A stretch of 64,000 nucleotides of DNA from an uncultured Gammaproteobacteria bacterium (lineage in GTDB: Bacteria; Pseudomonadota; Gammaproteobacteria; Steroidobacterales; UBA11654). Positions 19,093-29,949 of this stretch are shown in pieces (positions within the stretch are counted from its first letter, which is position 1; each line of letters starts with the position of its first letter). The position numbers were made by a program, and so were the translations under genes. The stretch is taken from NCBI GenBank assembly GCA_937801655.1, contig CALMWC010000007.1, forward strand, positions 25,117 through 89,116. Direction: 5' to 3'. The notes under the pieces are model-generated. The model was not told the origin of the DNA. It worked only from the letters and a program-made list of their open reading frames with translations, and ran no database searches.

Positions 19093-20631
19093 ATGAATCA
19101 AGACAATAACATAATAATATTTGACACTACGCTCAGGGATGGCGAACAAGCTCCTGGGTGCAGCATGACTTTGGGTGAAAAATTGAAGATTGCACATGCT
19201 CTAAAAGAACTAAATGTTAATGTTATAGAAGCAGGCTTTGCTGCTGCTTCTCCTGGTGACTTTGAATCAGTAAAAACTATAGCTTCAGAAATTGATGGAC
19301 CCACTATCTGTACATTGGCTCGATGCAATGAAAAAGATATTGAACAAGCATCACTTGCATTAGAGCCAAGTAGCAATAAACGTATCCATGTTTTTGTTGC
19401 CACCAGTGAAATTCATTTAAAACATAAACTTAGGATGGCCAAAGAAGAAGTTCTAAAGTCTGCTTTTGAGGCTGTAAGGATGGCAAAGTCTTTTTGCGAT
19501 GATGTCGAGTTTTCTCCTGAAGATGCATCAAGAACTGATCATGATTTTTTGAGTGAAGTAGTTAATGCAGCAATAGAGGCTGGAGCAACAACGATAAATA
19601 TTCCCGATACTGTGGGTTATACAATTCCTTATGAGTTTGGGGAACTTTTTCAATATTTAATCAGTAACTGTAAAAATAGTGACAAAGTAATATTTAGCGC
19701 TCATTGTCATGATGATCTTGGGTTGTCTGTTGCAAATAGTTTGGCTGCTTTAGAATCAGGTGCCAGACAAGTTGAATGCACTATAAATGGAATCGGTGAG
19801 AGAGCTGGTAATACTTCGTTGGAAGAAATTACAATGGCAATTAAAACCAGAAAAGAGTATTTTGATTTTCAAACATCCATCGATACCACTAAGTTATACC
19901 CTACTAGCAGACTTGTATCATCCATAACGGGGATGCATGTACCAAGAAATAAAGCCATTGTTGGAGACAATGCTTTTGCACATGAGGCTGGCATTCATCA
20001 ACATGGGATGTTAAGACATTCTTCAACATATGAAATTATGAAGCCTCAAGATGTTGGTATAGCAAGATCAAATTTAGTTTTGGGTAAGCATAGTGGAAGA
20101 CATGCATTTTTAGATCGTGTCAAAGAACTAGGTTTTGAACTAGGTGAAGATAAGGTAAATCCTGCGTTTAAAGAATTTAAAAAACTGGCTGATAGAAAAA
20201 AAGATATATTTGATAGTGATATTGAAGCCATTGTTTTGAATACAAAAACAGCAAATATGAGTAGTTGGGAGTTAGTGGACCTAGAAACATCTTCTGGATC
20301 ATCTTGGGGAGCTCAAGCTTCAGTTAAATTGAAAAATAAGAATGGGACTATCGAAGATACTAAAGAAAGTATTTCATCAAAAAACGGACCCATTGAATCA
20401 GTTTTTAAAGCTATTGAAAATATTACAGGATATAATCCAAAGCTAATTAATTTTGAAATCCACAGTGTCAGTATGGGGGATGACGCTCAAGGCGAAGTTA
20501 CTGTGACTGTGAATTATGAGGGACAAGATTATCGTGGACATGGAATTAGCACTGATATAATTGAATCTGGAGCATTAGCTTATCTGGAAGTTATTAATCG
20601 AATTGATCGAAATAAAAATAGAAATAATTAG
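19093..20631 (+). CDS. leuA: 2-isopropylmalate synthase
   Basis: DTTLRDGEQ, HCHDDLG, GERAGN, HEAGIHQHG and LGKHSGRH motifs; regulatory C-terminal domain. Confidence 0.97.
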   Translation: MNQDNNIIIFDTTLRDGEQAPGCSMTLGEKLKIAHALKELNVNVIEAGFAAASPGDFESVKTIASEIDGPTICTLARCNEKDIEQASLALEPSSNKRIHVFVATSEIHLKHKLRMAKEEVLKSAFEAVRMAKSFCDDVEFSPEDASRTDHDFLSEVVNAAIEAGATTINIPDTVGYTIPYEFGELFQYLISNCKNSDKVIFSAHCHDDLGLSVANSLAALESGARQVECTINGIGERAGNTSLEEITMAIKTRKEYFDFQTSIDTTKLYPTSRLVSSITGMHVPRNKAIVGDNAFAHEAGIHQHGMLRHSSTYEIMKPQDVGIARSNLVLGKHSGRHAFLDRVKELGFELGEDKVNPAFKEFKKLADRKKDIFDSDIEAIVLNTKTANMSSWELVDLETSSGSSWGAQASVKLKNKNGTIEDTKESISSKNGPIESVFKAIENITGYNPKLINFEIHSVSMGDDAQGEVTVTVNYEGQDYRGHGISTDIIESGALAYLEVINRIDRNKNRNN

Positions 20632-20641
20632 GTAACATTTA

Positions 20642-21571
20642 ATGTCATTAAAACCAACAAAAAATATCTGGTTCAATGGAGAACTCGTACCTTGGGAAGA
20701 TGCTAAGGTGCATGTTCTCAGTTATGCCTTGCATTATGGGTCTGCAGTCTTTGAGGGAATTCGAGCATATAAAACTCCAGACGGTACAAAAATATTCAGA
20801 TTAAAAGAGCATTGTAAAAGGCTCTTAAACTCAGCAAAGATATATCGAATGAAAGTTCCTTATGATTTAGATGAAATCATGAATGCTTGCCGCTTAATAG
20901 TTACTTCAAATGATCTTAATAATGGAGCATATATAAGACCTATAGCATTTAGAGGTTATGGTGATCTTGGTCTACATGCATCGCTTGATGAGGAAGTTGA
21001 AACAGTAATAGCAGCTTGGGAATGGGGACCTTATCTTGGAAAAGAAAGCGCAGAGACTGGTGTTGATGTCTGCATTTCTTCATGGAGTAAGATTGCACCC
21101 AATACTATCCCTGTTATGGCTAAAGCTTCCGGTAATTATCTATCAGGAACGTTGGTGGCATTTGAAGCCAAAGAGAATGGTTATGATGAAGGCATATGTT
21201 TGGATTCAAATGGAATGGTTAGTGAAGGAGCTGGGGAGAATGTCTTTTTAGTTAAAGACGATAAGATCTATACCCCGCCACTAAGTTCATCAGTCTTAGA
21301 TGGAATAACTAGGGATTCCGTTATTAAGATTGCAGACTCAATTGGCTATTCAGTTTCTGAAAAGGAAATACCCAGAGAACAACTATATCTAGCTGATGAA
21401 CTATTCTTTACTGGAACGGCGGCTGAAATCACACCCATTAAGAGTGTTGATAGGCTGATGATTGCTAATGGTGCTAAAGGACCTGTGACTGATCAAATAC
21501 AAAAAATATTTTTTGGGTTGTTTGATGACACTGTATCAGATGAATGGGGTTGGTTGGATTCAGTCGAGTAA
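20642..21571 (+). CDS. ilvE: Branched-chain amino acid aminotransferase
   Basis: LHYGSAVFEG, AKASGNY, EGAGEN, LDGITR and FTGTAAEITP motifs. Confidence 0.96.
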   Translation: MSLKPTKNIWFNGELVPWEDAKVHVLSYALHYGSAVFEGIRAYKTPDGTKIFRLKEHCKRLLNSAKIYRMKVPYDLDEIMNACRLIVTSNDLNNGAYIRPIAFRGYGDLGLHASLDEEVETVIAAWEWGPYLGKESAETGVDVCISSWSKIAPNTIPVMAKASGNYLSGTLVAFEAKENGYDEGICLDSNGMVSEGAGENVFLVKDDKIYTPPLSSSVLDGITRDSVIKIADSIGYSVSEKEIPREQLYLADELFFTGTAAEITPIKSVDRLMIANGAKGPVTDQIQKIFFGLFDDTVSDEWGWLDSVE

Positions 21572-21574
21572 ATC

Positions 21575-22990
21575 ATGGCATCCAAAGGTAAAACTTTATT
21601 TGAAAAAATATGGGAACAGCATGTAGTAGTCCCAGAAACAGAAGAAACGCCTGCCATTATATACATAGACTTGCATCTCATTCATGAGGTAACAACTCCT
21701 CAAGCATTTACTCTCTTAAGAGAAAGTAATTTAAAAATTCGAGCTCCAAAAAAGATACTAGCTACCATGGATCATTCAACACCGACAGTGCCCATAAGTT
21801 CACTCAAGGATCTGGATGTAGTCGCGGAGAAAGGTCCAGCACAACAAATTAGAGACATGATTCAGAATTGTAAAGATTTTGGTATTGAACTTTATGATTT
21901 TAATAGTGATCGAAGAGGTATTGTTCATGTTATAGGACCTGAGTTGGGAGCAACTCAGCCAGGAAGAACAATGGTCTGTGGAGACAGTCATACCAGCACT
22001 CATGGAGCTTTTGGTGCTTTGGCATTTGGTATTGGTACGACAGAAGTCGCTCATGTTCTTGCCACACAATGCTTGCTTCAAAGAAAACCAAAAACACTTG
22101 CTGTTAATTTAACTGGTAATTTAAATGATGGTGTTTCTGCTAAGGATATTATTTTAAAAGTAATCGGAGAAATAGGAGTCGATGGAGGCACAGGCCATGT
22201 TATTGAATACAGGGGCGATACTGTCTCCTCTTTATCTTTAGAGCAGAGAATGACTGTCTGTAATATGAGCATTGAGGCTGGAGCAAAAGCAGGCATGTTT
22301 GCACCCGATGATGCAACTTTTGAATATTTGAAAGACCGACCCTTTTCCCCGCAAGGAACAGACTGGGAAAAATCCATTAAAAAATGGTCTGAATTAAAAT
22401 CTGATGATAATGCCGTCTTTGATAAAGAGGTGAATATAGATGTTAATTCACTGGAACCCATGATTACATTTGGAACCAATCCAGGTATGGTAATGCCCAT
22501 AAATGGTGTAATACCTGACCATCAAGGAAGTGTTAGTTTTAAACAGGCATTGAATTATATGCAAGTAGAGTCTGGAAAACCTCTACTGGATCGTCCTATT
22601 GATGTAGTTTTTATAGGGAGTTGTACTAATTCAAGACTATCTGATCTAAAGGATGCAGCTACTATATTGGAAGGCAGGAAAGTTTCAGAAAATACAAGAA
22701 CTTTGATTGTTCCAGGTTCACAAAGCGTGAAAAAAGAAGCAGAACTTTTAGGTCTGGATAAAGTTTTTAGAAGAGCCGGTGCAGAATGGAGAGAGTCAGG
22801 ATGTTCTATGTGTCTTGGCATGAACGGCGACACTGTTGGTAAGGGTCAATTGGCGGTCAGTACCAGCAATAGAAACTTTGAAGGAAGGCAAGGAGTTGGC
22901 TCTCGAACAATCTTGGCAAGCCCAAAGACTGCTGCTGCATCAGCAATTACTGGAACGGTTCAAGATCCAAGAAAATATGAGGTGAGATAA
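21575..22990 (+). CDS. leuC: 3-isopropylmalate dehydratase large subunit
   Basis: HEVTTPQAF, CGDSHT, GSCTN, GCSMCLGMN and STSNRNFEGRQG motifs. Confidence 0.98.
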   Translation: MASKGKTLFEKIWEQHVVVPETEETPAIIYIDLHLIHEVTTPQAFTLLRESNLKIRAPKKILATMDHSTPTVPISSLKDLDVVAEKGPAQQIRDMIQNCKDFGIELYDFNSDRRGIVHVIGPELGATQPGRTMVCGDSHTSTHGAFGALAFGIGTTEVAHVLATQCLLQRKPKTLAVNLTGNLNDGVSAKDIILKVIGEIGVDGGTGHVIEYRGDTVSSLSLEQRMTVCNMSIEAGAKAGMFAPDDATFEYLKDRPFSPQGTDWEKSIKKWSELKSDDNAVFDKEVNIDVNSLEPMITFGTNPGMVMPINGVIPDHQGSVSFKQALNYMQVESGKPLLDRPIDVVFIGSCTNSRLSDLKDAATILEGRKVSENTRTLIVPGSQSVKKEAELLGLDKVFRRAGAEWRESGCSMCLGMNGDTVGKGQLAVSTSNRNFEGRQGVGSRTILASPKTAAASAITGTVQDPRKYEVR

Positions 22991-22991
22991 A

Positions 22992-23564
22992 TTGGAAAAG
23001 ATTAAAAAATTTACAGCCAAAACAGTCAACTTACCCAATGAGGACATTGATACAGATCAGATCATTCCAGCCAGATTTTTAACCTTGCCATCAAAGGAAG
23101 GCATTGGTGAGTGTTTGTTTGCTGATTGGCGTTTTGATAGTTCTGGAAATACCAATAATGATTTTATTCTTAATAAAGATGTGTCTATGGGTTGTGAAAT
23201 TCTAGTTGCTGGAAATAATTTTGGTTGCGGGTCTTCAAGAGAGCATGCTCCCTGGGCTTTGGTTGATTATGGTTTTAAGGCAATCATTAGTACCTCCTTT
23301 GCAGATATTTTTAAAAACAATTCATTAAAAAATGGATTATTACCAATTGTTCTCCCCAAGGACGTTCATGAATGGTTACTCGATAATCCTGGTATAGATA
23401 TTACTATTGATCTGGAAAACACAAGAGTAGAATTTAATAATGGTGATAATCATGAATTTGAAATTGAGGCTTTTTCAAAATATTGTTTAATTAATGGTTT
23501 GGATCAGTTGAGTTTTTTACTAAATCATGAAGACGATATAATGAAATATGAAGGGACTTTATGA
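22992..23564 (+). CDS. leuD: 3-isopropylmalate dehydratase small subunit
   Basis: DTDQIIPARFL and NFGCGSSREHAPWAL motifs; TTG start. Confidence 0.97.
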   Translation: MEKIKKFTAKTVNLPNEDIDTDQIIPARFLTLPSKEGIGECLFADWRFDSSGNTNNDFILNKDVSMGCEILVAGNNFGCGSSREHAPWALVDYGFKAIISTSFADIFKNNSLKNGLLPIVLPKDVHEWLLDNPGIDITIDLENTRVEFNNGDNHEFEIEAFSKYCLINGLDQLSFLLNHEDDIMKYEGTL

Positions 23565-24617
23565 AAGCAAAAGTAACACTGTTATCAGGAGATGGAATTG
23601 GACCAGAGATTTGTCAGGAAGCACTCAAGGTCTTAAGCGCTATAGAAGATAAATACGATCATGAAATAGAAGTCAGAGAAGCTTTGTTTGGTGGAATCGC
23701 TATAGATCAAACAGGCTCGCCCTACCCTGATCAGACTAGAGTATTGTGTAAAGAGTCAGATGCTGTTTTGCTAGGAGCTGTTGGCGGACCTAAATGGAGT
23801 GACCCAAAATCAGAAACAAGACCAGAAAAAGGTTTGCTTGATATGCGATCAGACCTTGGCGTCTATGCCAATATTAGACATATAAAAACCTATCCCCAAT
23901 TGATAGAGAACTCACCAATAAAAAACAAATATTTAGAAAATGTGGACATTGTCTTTGTTCGAGAATTAATTGGCGGTATCTACTTTGGTCAAAAAGAAAG
24001 AAATGAAAATGATGCAATGGATGTATGTCAATACACAAAAGATGAAATAATTAGAATAACTCAGGTAGCTATAGAATTAGCATCTGCAAGAAAAAATAAA
24101 ATAACATCGGTGGATAAAGCGAATGTAATGGCGACTTCGCAATTGTGGCGTAGTGTCACCACCGATTTAATTGAATCACAATTTAAAGATATTGAGTTGG
24201 AACATATTTTGGTAGATGCAGCGACCATGCATCTTCTTTCCAGACCATCTGACTTTGATGTGATTCTTGCTGATAATTTATTTGGTGATATTTTAACAGA
24301 TGAAGCATCAATGCTTACTGGGTCCATTGGGATGATTCCATCGGCTTCACTTGGCAATGAAAGTTTTGGAGTTTATGAGCCTATCCATGGTTCAGCACCC
24401 GATATACAGAATCAAGGAATTGCAAACCCATGTGGAATGATATTGTCCTTGGCATTATTGCTTAGGCATTCATTAAAACTTGAAACAGAAGCTTCAGCCA
24501 TAGAGTCAGCTGTTAATGAAACATTGAACCAAGGCATCTATACTGCTGATCTGAGCAATAAGGATGTTGTCGATACAGCTCACAATGGGTTCAGCAATCG
24601 CATCTAATATTCTTTGA
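23561..24617 (+). CDS. leuB: 3-isopropylmalate dehydrogenase (apparent +1 frameshift in the last ~12 codons)
   Basis: GDGIGPE, SVDKANV, NLFGDILTD and EPIHGSAPDI motifs; ORF stops at 24607 but the conserved tail TMGSAIASNIL-stop lies in the next frame, ending 24617. Confidence 0.95.
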
Positions 24618-24637
24618 TTAATACCCTATTATTTTAC

Positions 24638-24693
24638 TTGTAAAGTTAGAGTCAATACATATAATGTACTACTACATTAATACAATGGTACAT
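24638..24693 (+). promoter_or_regulatory. his operon promoter with overlapping palindromic operator
   Basis: TTGTAA (24638), 16 nt spacer, TATAAT (24660-24665); imperfect inverted repeat ATGTAC-N18-GTACAT at 24664-24693. Confidence 0.6.
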
Positions 24694-24699
24694 ATATAA

Positions 24700-25011
24700 A
24701 TGAAAATAGAAAGAGTATTAACTAATAAAGAAGAGAAACAAACTGAAGAAAGATTTTATAAAGCAGTTCAATCTTTAAAGAATAGTGATGAATGTCGTTC
24801 ATTTTTTAATGATATTTTTACACCTGCTGAATTGCAATCCATCAAAGACCGCTGGTCTGTAGCAGAACTACTTAATAAGGGTTATACCTATCGTGAAGTC
24901 AATTCTTATACTGGCGTAAGTGTTACAACCATTGGCCGTGTTGCACGGTGTTTATTTAATGGTTCAGGTGGTTATGATATCGCTCTCAATCGAGTACAAA
25001 ATAATGGATAA
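24700..25011 (+). CDS. YerC/YecD family TrpR-like regulator (HisR candidate)
   Basis: DIFTPAELQSIKDRW, YREV...TGVSVTTIGRVARCL and GGY motifs; first gene of the his operon. Confidence 0.9.
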   Translation: MKIERVLTNKEEKQTEERFYKAVQSLKNSDECRSFFNDIFTPAELQSIKDRWSVAELLNKGYTYREVNSYTGVSVTTIGRVARCLFNGSGGYDIALNRVQNNG

Positions 25012-25903
25012 CAATAGAATAAAGATTGCAATACAAAAATCAGGCAGGTTGACAGAACACACCATCAGTTTGTTAAAAAAATGTGGACTAATAATCAGTC
25101 ATACTAGAAATCACCTTATTGGCTATGGAGAAAATATGCCATTTGATCTTATGTTTGTTAGAGACGATGATATACCAGGCTTGGTTCAGGATAATTTATG
25201 CACACTGGGTATTGTAGGGATGAATGAGGCACTTGAGAAAAAAATAGAAATAGAGAATTTAGAAAAAGCATCGGCAAACTTTGAAATAGTTTCTAATTTA
25301 GACTTTGGACAATGCAAGTTATCTTTTGCTTATCCAGATGATTCACCTGTTCAAGATTTGAAAAACTTAGAGGGAAAAACTGTTGCCACAAGTTATCCTA
25401 ATATCGTTTCAGACTATATTTCAAAAGCAGGATTAAATATAAGCGTTACTCAGTTCTCAGGTGCGGTAGAGTTGGCTCCAAGTTTAGGCAAGGCAGATCT
25501 TATATGTGATTTAGTTTCTACTGGACAGACACTTAAAGATCATAACTTATCGGAAGGTCAAACGATATTAGAAAGCACTGCTGTAGTCATTAAATCATTG
25601 CAAGCAATGGATAGTATTGAGGAAAACTGGGTCAATAAGCTCATTGAACGAATTCAAGGAGTGCTGCAGGTCAAGGAAAGTAAATACATTATGATGCATG
25701 CACCTAGAGCATCTATAGATTCAATAACTAATTTACTGCCTGGAACAGAATCACCAACCATCATTCCACTTGAAGGCACAAATGAAACAGTTGCTTTGCA
25801 TGTTGTGTGTAAAGAAAATGTTTTTTGGGAAACACTGGAAGATCTTAAGGCCAAAGGTGCTTCATCCATTTTAGTTGTGCCCGTTGAAAAAATGCTAATG
25901 TAA
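25004..25903 (+). CDS. hisG: ATP phosphoribosyltransferase (long form)
   Basis: IAIQKSGRL, VRDDDIP, ATSYP, GAVELAP and DLVSTG motifs; start reassigned to ATG 25004. Confidence 0.96.
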   Translation: MDNNRIKIAIQKSGRLTEHTISLLKKCGLIISHTRNHLIGYGENMPFDLMFVRDDDIPGLVQDNLCTLGIVGMNEALEKKIEIENLEKASANFEIVSNLDFGQCKLSFAYPDDSPVQDLKNLEGKTVATSYPNIVSDYISKAGLNISVTQFSGAVELAPSLGKADLICDLVSTGQTLKDHNLSEGQTILESTAVVIKSLQAMDSIEENWVNKLIERIQGVLQVKESKYIMMHAPRASIDSITNLLPGTESPTIIPLEGTNETVALHVVCKENVFWETLEDLKAKGASSILVVPVEKMLM

Positions 25904-25906
25904 TTC

Positions 25907-27214
25907 ATGAGTATTCAAGAAATAATCAACTGGAATGAATTAGATAAATCTGCAAAAAAAAGGCTGATTGAGAGACCAAATGTGGCAATAGACGATAGAA
26001 TTCGAGCTACAGTAGAAACTATTTTAGATAAGGTAGGATCCTCTGGGGATCAGGCAATAAAGCAACTGACCTTGGAATACGATGGTGTCAGTATTGATCA
26101 ATTAAAAATGAATGATATTGAGATCAAAAATGCAATAAAGAGAACTTCAAATCAGATCAAGGATGAGCTCAAAAAAGCAATAGAGAACGTAACCATATTT
26201 CATCAAAATACCATGGCCTCCCCTTCTTCAAAAATAGAGGTTAAACCTGGGGTGTTTTGTGAAAAAATAATTAAACCTATAAACAATATTGGTTTATACA
26301 TTCCAGCTGGAAGAAACCCATTGCCTTCAACAGCCATAATGTTAGGAGTTCCTTCAAAATTAGCCGGTAGTAAGAATCGTATTTTATGCTCACCACCAAA
26401 TAAAAATGGATTGATTGATGACAGTATTGTTACTGCCGCCTCATTTTGTGGAATAACTGATATGTTTAAAATTGGTGGTGCACAAGCAATAGCTGCATTA
26501 GCATACGGTACAGAGTCAGTCACTAAAGTTGATAAAATATTTGGACCAGGCAATAGTTTTGTGACAATGGCAAAGACCATACTTTCTTCTACAACAGAAA
26601 TAGCAATTGACATGCCTGCAGGACCGACCGAAGTCTTAGTAATATCCGATGGCAATACTGAACCTGATTATGTTGCTTATGATCTGTTATCACAAGCAGA
26701 ACATGGTCCCGACTCTCAAGTAATTCATATTTCTTCTGACAGAGAATTTATTAAAAAAGTTCAAGAAAGTATCAATCGCATTATGCAAAACTTAGCAACA
26801 AAAGATATTGCAAAATATGCTTTGTTAAACAGCAAATCTATTTGGGTTCAAGATATAAAAGCAGCCATAGATATATCGAATAGTTATGCTCCAGAACATC
26901 TCATTATTTCAGTAGAAAATTCAAGACAGTATCTAGATTCAATAGAGTCTGCTGGGTCAATATTTCTCGGTTATTGGAGCCCTGAATCTGCTGGTGATTA
27001 TTGCAGTGGCACAAATCATGTATTACCAACATCAGGCTATGCGAAATCATTAAGTGGAGTCTCAGTTGAAAGTTTTACAAAGTCAGTATCCGTTCAAGAA
27101 CTCACTAAAACAGGGTTGGAGAATTTGTCAAAGACTATTACTGTATTGGCTAGAGCAGAAGGTCTCGAAGCACATGCAAAAGCAGTAGAGGTAAGGTTAA
27201 GAGATAATGACTAA
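25907..27214 (+). CDS. hisD: Histidinol dehydrogenase
   Basis: GGAQAIAALAYG, DMPAGPTE, LSQAEH, APEHL and GTNHVLPT motifs. Confidence 0.97.
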   Translation: MSIQEIINWNELDKSAKKRLIERPNVAIDDRIRATVETILDKVGSSGDQAIKQLTLEYDGVSIDQLKMNDIEIKNAIKRTSNQIKDELKKAIENVTIFHQNTMASPSSKIEVKPGVFCEKIIKPINNIGLYIPAGRNPLPSTAIMLGVPSKLAGSKNRILCSPPNKNGLIDDSIVTAASFCGITDMFKIGGAQAIAALAYGTESVTKVDKIFGPGNSFVTMAKTILSSTTEIAIDMPAGPTEVLVISDGNTEPDYVAYDLLSQAEHGPDSQVIHISSDREFIKKVQESINRIMQNLATKDIAKYALLNSKSIWVQDIKAAIDISNSYAPEHLIISVENSRQYLDSIESAGSIFLGYWSPESAGDYCSGTNHVLPTSGYAKSLSGVSVESFTKSVSVQELTKTGLENLSKTITVLARAEGLEAHAKAVEVRLRDND

Positions 27215-28271
27215 AGCAATAGAAAAACTGGTTAGACCTGAGGTGCTTAATTTAAAACCTTATGTGCCAGCTAAGAGCATCCAAGATGCGGTTAGACTGA
27301 ATGCTAATGAAAGCCCTTATTGTGTAACCGAACAAGCAAAAAAAGATGGACTAAATCTTTACCCTGATGCAGTGCCGATTAGAATAAGAGAAAGGATTTC
27401 TCAGTACCTTGATGTGGACGAAAATAATTGTGTTATTACTAGAGGGAGCACTGAGGCAATCGATGTTTTACTTAGGGTTTTTTGTCAACCAAATATTGAT
27501 GAAATCATTATTTTTCCTCCAACATTTGAAATGTATCAATTTTATGCTGCGATACAGGGTGTTTCTATTAAGTCCATACCATTACTAGAAACTAATAACT
27601 ATGAGATTAATCTAGAGCTATTAGGCAGAGAGTTATGCACTCAAAGTAAGTTAATATTTTTATCTTCACCATCCAACCCAATAGGCCATACAATTAGCAA
27701 AGACACTATATTTAAAGCATGTGAGATGTCTAAGGATTTTGGATTGTTGGTATTGGATCTAGCTTATATTGAATTTGCAGATGAGGATTTTACTAAAGAA
27801 GTTCTCTCAGCCTATTCGAATGTTGTTGTACTCAGAACCCTATCAAAAGCCTTTGGTTTGGCAGGATCCAGATGTGGAGTATTGCTAGCATCATCAGAAA
27901 TAACTAATTACGTAATGAGAGTCCTTCCACCCTACTCTTTTTCTAAGCCTGCAGAGCAAAGTATTTTAGAGGCCTTGACAGAAGATGGTATTGAAACTTC
28001 TAAGCTGAATATAAATGAAATAATAAAAGAAAGAATCTATTTAGAAGAGGCATTCACTAGTATTGGTTGTATTAAAAAAATATATCAATCAAATGCTAAC
28101 TTTATTTTAGTTGAAGTTGAAAATGCTGACCAGTTCTGTGATAAAGCTAAAGAGTATGGGCTTCTTTTACGGAATGTTGGTTATCAGCCCACTCTCTCTA
28201 ATTGCGTCAGAATTACTGTTGGCACTAGGGAGCAAAATGACTTATTAATTAAAGGCATTAAAACATTATGA
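27207..28271 (+). CDS. hisC: Histidinol-phosphate aminotransferase
   Basis: LNANESP, SPSNP and RTLSKAFGLAG motifs. Confidence 0.95.
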   Translation: MTKAIEKLVRPEVLNLKPYVPAKSIQDAVRLNANESPYCVTEQAKKDGLNLYPDAVPIRIRERISQYLDVDENNCVITRGSTEAIDVLLRVFCQPNIDEIIIFPPTFEMYQFYAAIQGVSIKSIPLLETNNYEINLELLGRELCTQSKLIFLSSPSNPIGHTISKDTIFKACEMSKDFGLLVLDLAYIEFADEDFTKEVLSAYSNVVVLRTLSKAFGLAGSRCGVLLASSEITNYVMRVLPPYSFSKPAEQSILEALTEDGIETSKLNINEIIKERIYLEEAFTSIGCIKKIYQSNANFILVEVENADQFCDKAKEYGLLLRNVGYQPTLSNCVRITVGTREQNDLLIKGIKTL

Positions 28272-29344
28272 AAACTGATTTGAAAAAAATAATCTTCGTA
28301 GATAGAGATGGAACAATTGTATTTGAACCAAATGATTTCCAGGTAGATGCTTTGGAAAAGATCAATTTTGTACCTGATGTTATTGCATCGCTTTTTCAAC
28401 TGAGACAAAAAGGTTACAGCTTAGTGATGGTTACGAATCAGGATGGCTTAGGAACTGATTCTTTTCCCGAAGAAAACTTTATTGAAAGTCAGAAATTTAT
28501 TGAAAAATTGCTCAATTCACAAGGAGTAATGTTTGATGAAGTCTTAATATGCCCACATTTTGAAAAAGATGGTTGCGACTGTAGAAAACCTCTCACAGGA
28601 ATGGTGACTAAGTTTCTTGTCAATACAAATATAGATAAAGAGAGATCTTATGTTATTGGCGATCGAGATACTGACATGCAGTTTGCAAAGAATTTAGGCA
28701 TAGAAGGATTTCAAATAGATCCATATAAGGAATGTCAATGGACTGATATCACTACAAAGATATTAAATGTTGATCGTAGATCTTCAGTCATTCGTGAGAC
28801 TAAGGAAACTAAAATTAAAACAACTGTAGACTTAGAAAAATCTGAACCTGTTTCCATCAATACAGGAATTAATTTCTTTGACCATATGTTGGAGCAATTA
28901 GCAAAACATTCAAATGTATCTATGATTATTGATTGCGATGGTGATTTAGAGGTCGATGAACATCATACAGTTGAGGATGTTGCTATAACATTGGGTCAGT
29001 CAATTAAAGAATCGTTAGGAAATAAATATGGGATTAATCGATATGGTTTTACTTTACCAATGGATGAGTCATTAGCATCGGTTGCAATTGATCTCTCAGG
29101 GAGACCATATTTTGTTTTTGATGGAGATTTTGATAGAGAGAAGGTGGGTGGTTTACCGACAGAGTTAGTTTCTCATTTTTTTCGTTCCTTGAGTCAGTCA
29201 ATTGGAGCTAATATCCATTTATCTGTTAAGGGTCAGGATAATCATCATATGATTGAAGCATGCTTTAAAGTGTTTGGTAGAGCATTAGGTCAAGCCATAA
29301 GAGTATCTGGAACTGATTTGCCTTCTACCAAAGGCATTTTATAG
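28268..29344 (+). CDS. hisB: Bifunctional histidinol-phosphatase/imidazoleglycerol-phosphate dehydratase
   Basis: N-terminal HAD DRDGT, TNQDG, CRKP; C-terminal RETKET, HHTVED, NHHMIE, PSTKG. Confidence 0.97.
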   Translation: MKTDLKKIIFVDRDGTIVFEPNDFQVDALEKINFVPDVIASLFQLRQKGYSLVMVTNQDGLGTDSFPEENFIESQKFIEKLLNSQGVMFDEVLICPHFEKDGCDCRKPLTGMVTKFLVNTNIDKERSYVIGDRDTDMQFAKNLGIEGFQIDPYKECQWTDITTKILNVDRRSSVIRETKETKIKTTVDLEKSEPVSINTGINFFDHMLEQLAKHSNVSMIIDCDGDLEVDEHHTVEDVAITLGQSIKESLGNKYGINRYGFTLPMDESLASVAIDLSGRPYFVFDGDFDREKVGGLPTELVSHFFRSLSQSIGANIHLSVKGQDNHHMIEACFKVFGRALGQAIRVSGTDLPSTKGIL

Positions 29345-29943
29345 TGCCAAAAAATACTATTGCTATAGTTAACGCAGGAGGTTCAAATATTTCTTCATTA
29401 ACGTTTGCTTTGGACCGACTCAAAGCAAATTATACTACTACAAACCAAATCGCTCAGATTGAAGACTCGAGTCATGTCATCTTACCAGGAGTTGGAGCCG
29501 CATATGATGCGATGGGTAAGTTAAAAAAGTCTAATTTGATTGAGGTAGTTAAAAACCTAAAACAGCCTACACTTGGTATCTGTTTAGGCATGCAACTCTT
29601 ACTAGAATATTCGATGGAAAATAATGTCAATTGTTTATCAATTATTGAAGGGGGATGTAAGGCATTTACACAACAAGACAAATACCCAGTTCCACATATG
29701 GGCTGGAATAATGTGAAATTTAATAAAATCTCACCGCTTACTGAGGGTTTAAAGAGTGAAGATTATTTTTATTTTGTGCATAGCTATTATGTACCCATAA
29801 GTGATTCTGCTATTGGTATTACGGATTATTCAGAATCATTTACTAGCATCATTCAGAAAGATAATTTTTATGGTACTCAGTTCCATCCTGAAAAATCTAG
29901 TGATCAGGGTTCAAAATTATTAAGAACATTTATAAATTTATAA
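29344..29943 (+). CDS. hisH: Imidazole glycerol phosphate synthase glutaminase subunit
   Basis: LPGVG, GICLGMQ, PHMGWN, FVHSY and QFHPEKS motifs. Confidence 0.97.
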   Translation: MPKNTIAIVNAGGSNISSLTFALDRLKANYTTTNQIAQIEDSSHVILPGVGAAYDAMGKLKKSNLIEVVKNLKQPTLGICLGMQLLLEYSMENNVNCLSIIEGGCKAFTQQDKYPVPHMGWNNVKFNKISPLTEGLKSEDYFYFVHSYYVPISDSAIGITDYSESFTSIIQKDNFYGTQFHPEKSSDQGSKLLRTFINL

Positions 29944-29949
29944 CAATCT

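Noticed and set aside
24920-25003. N-terminal extension of hisG
   Set aside because: Overlaps the YerC gene; HisG homology begins at ATG 25004
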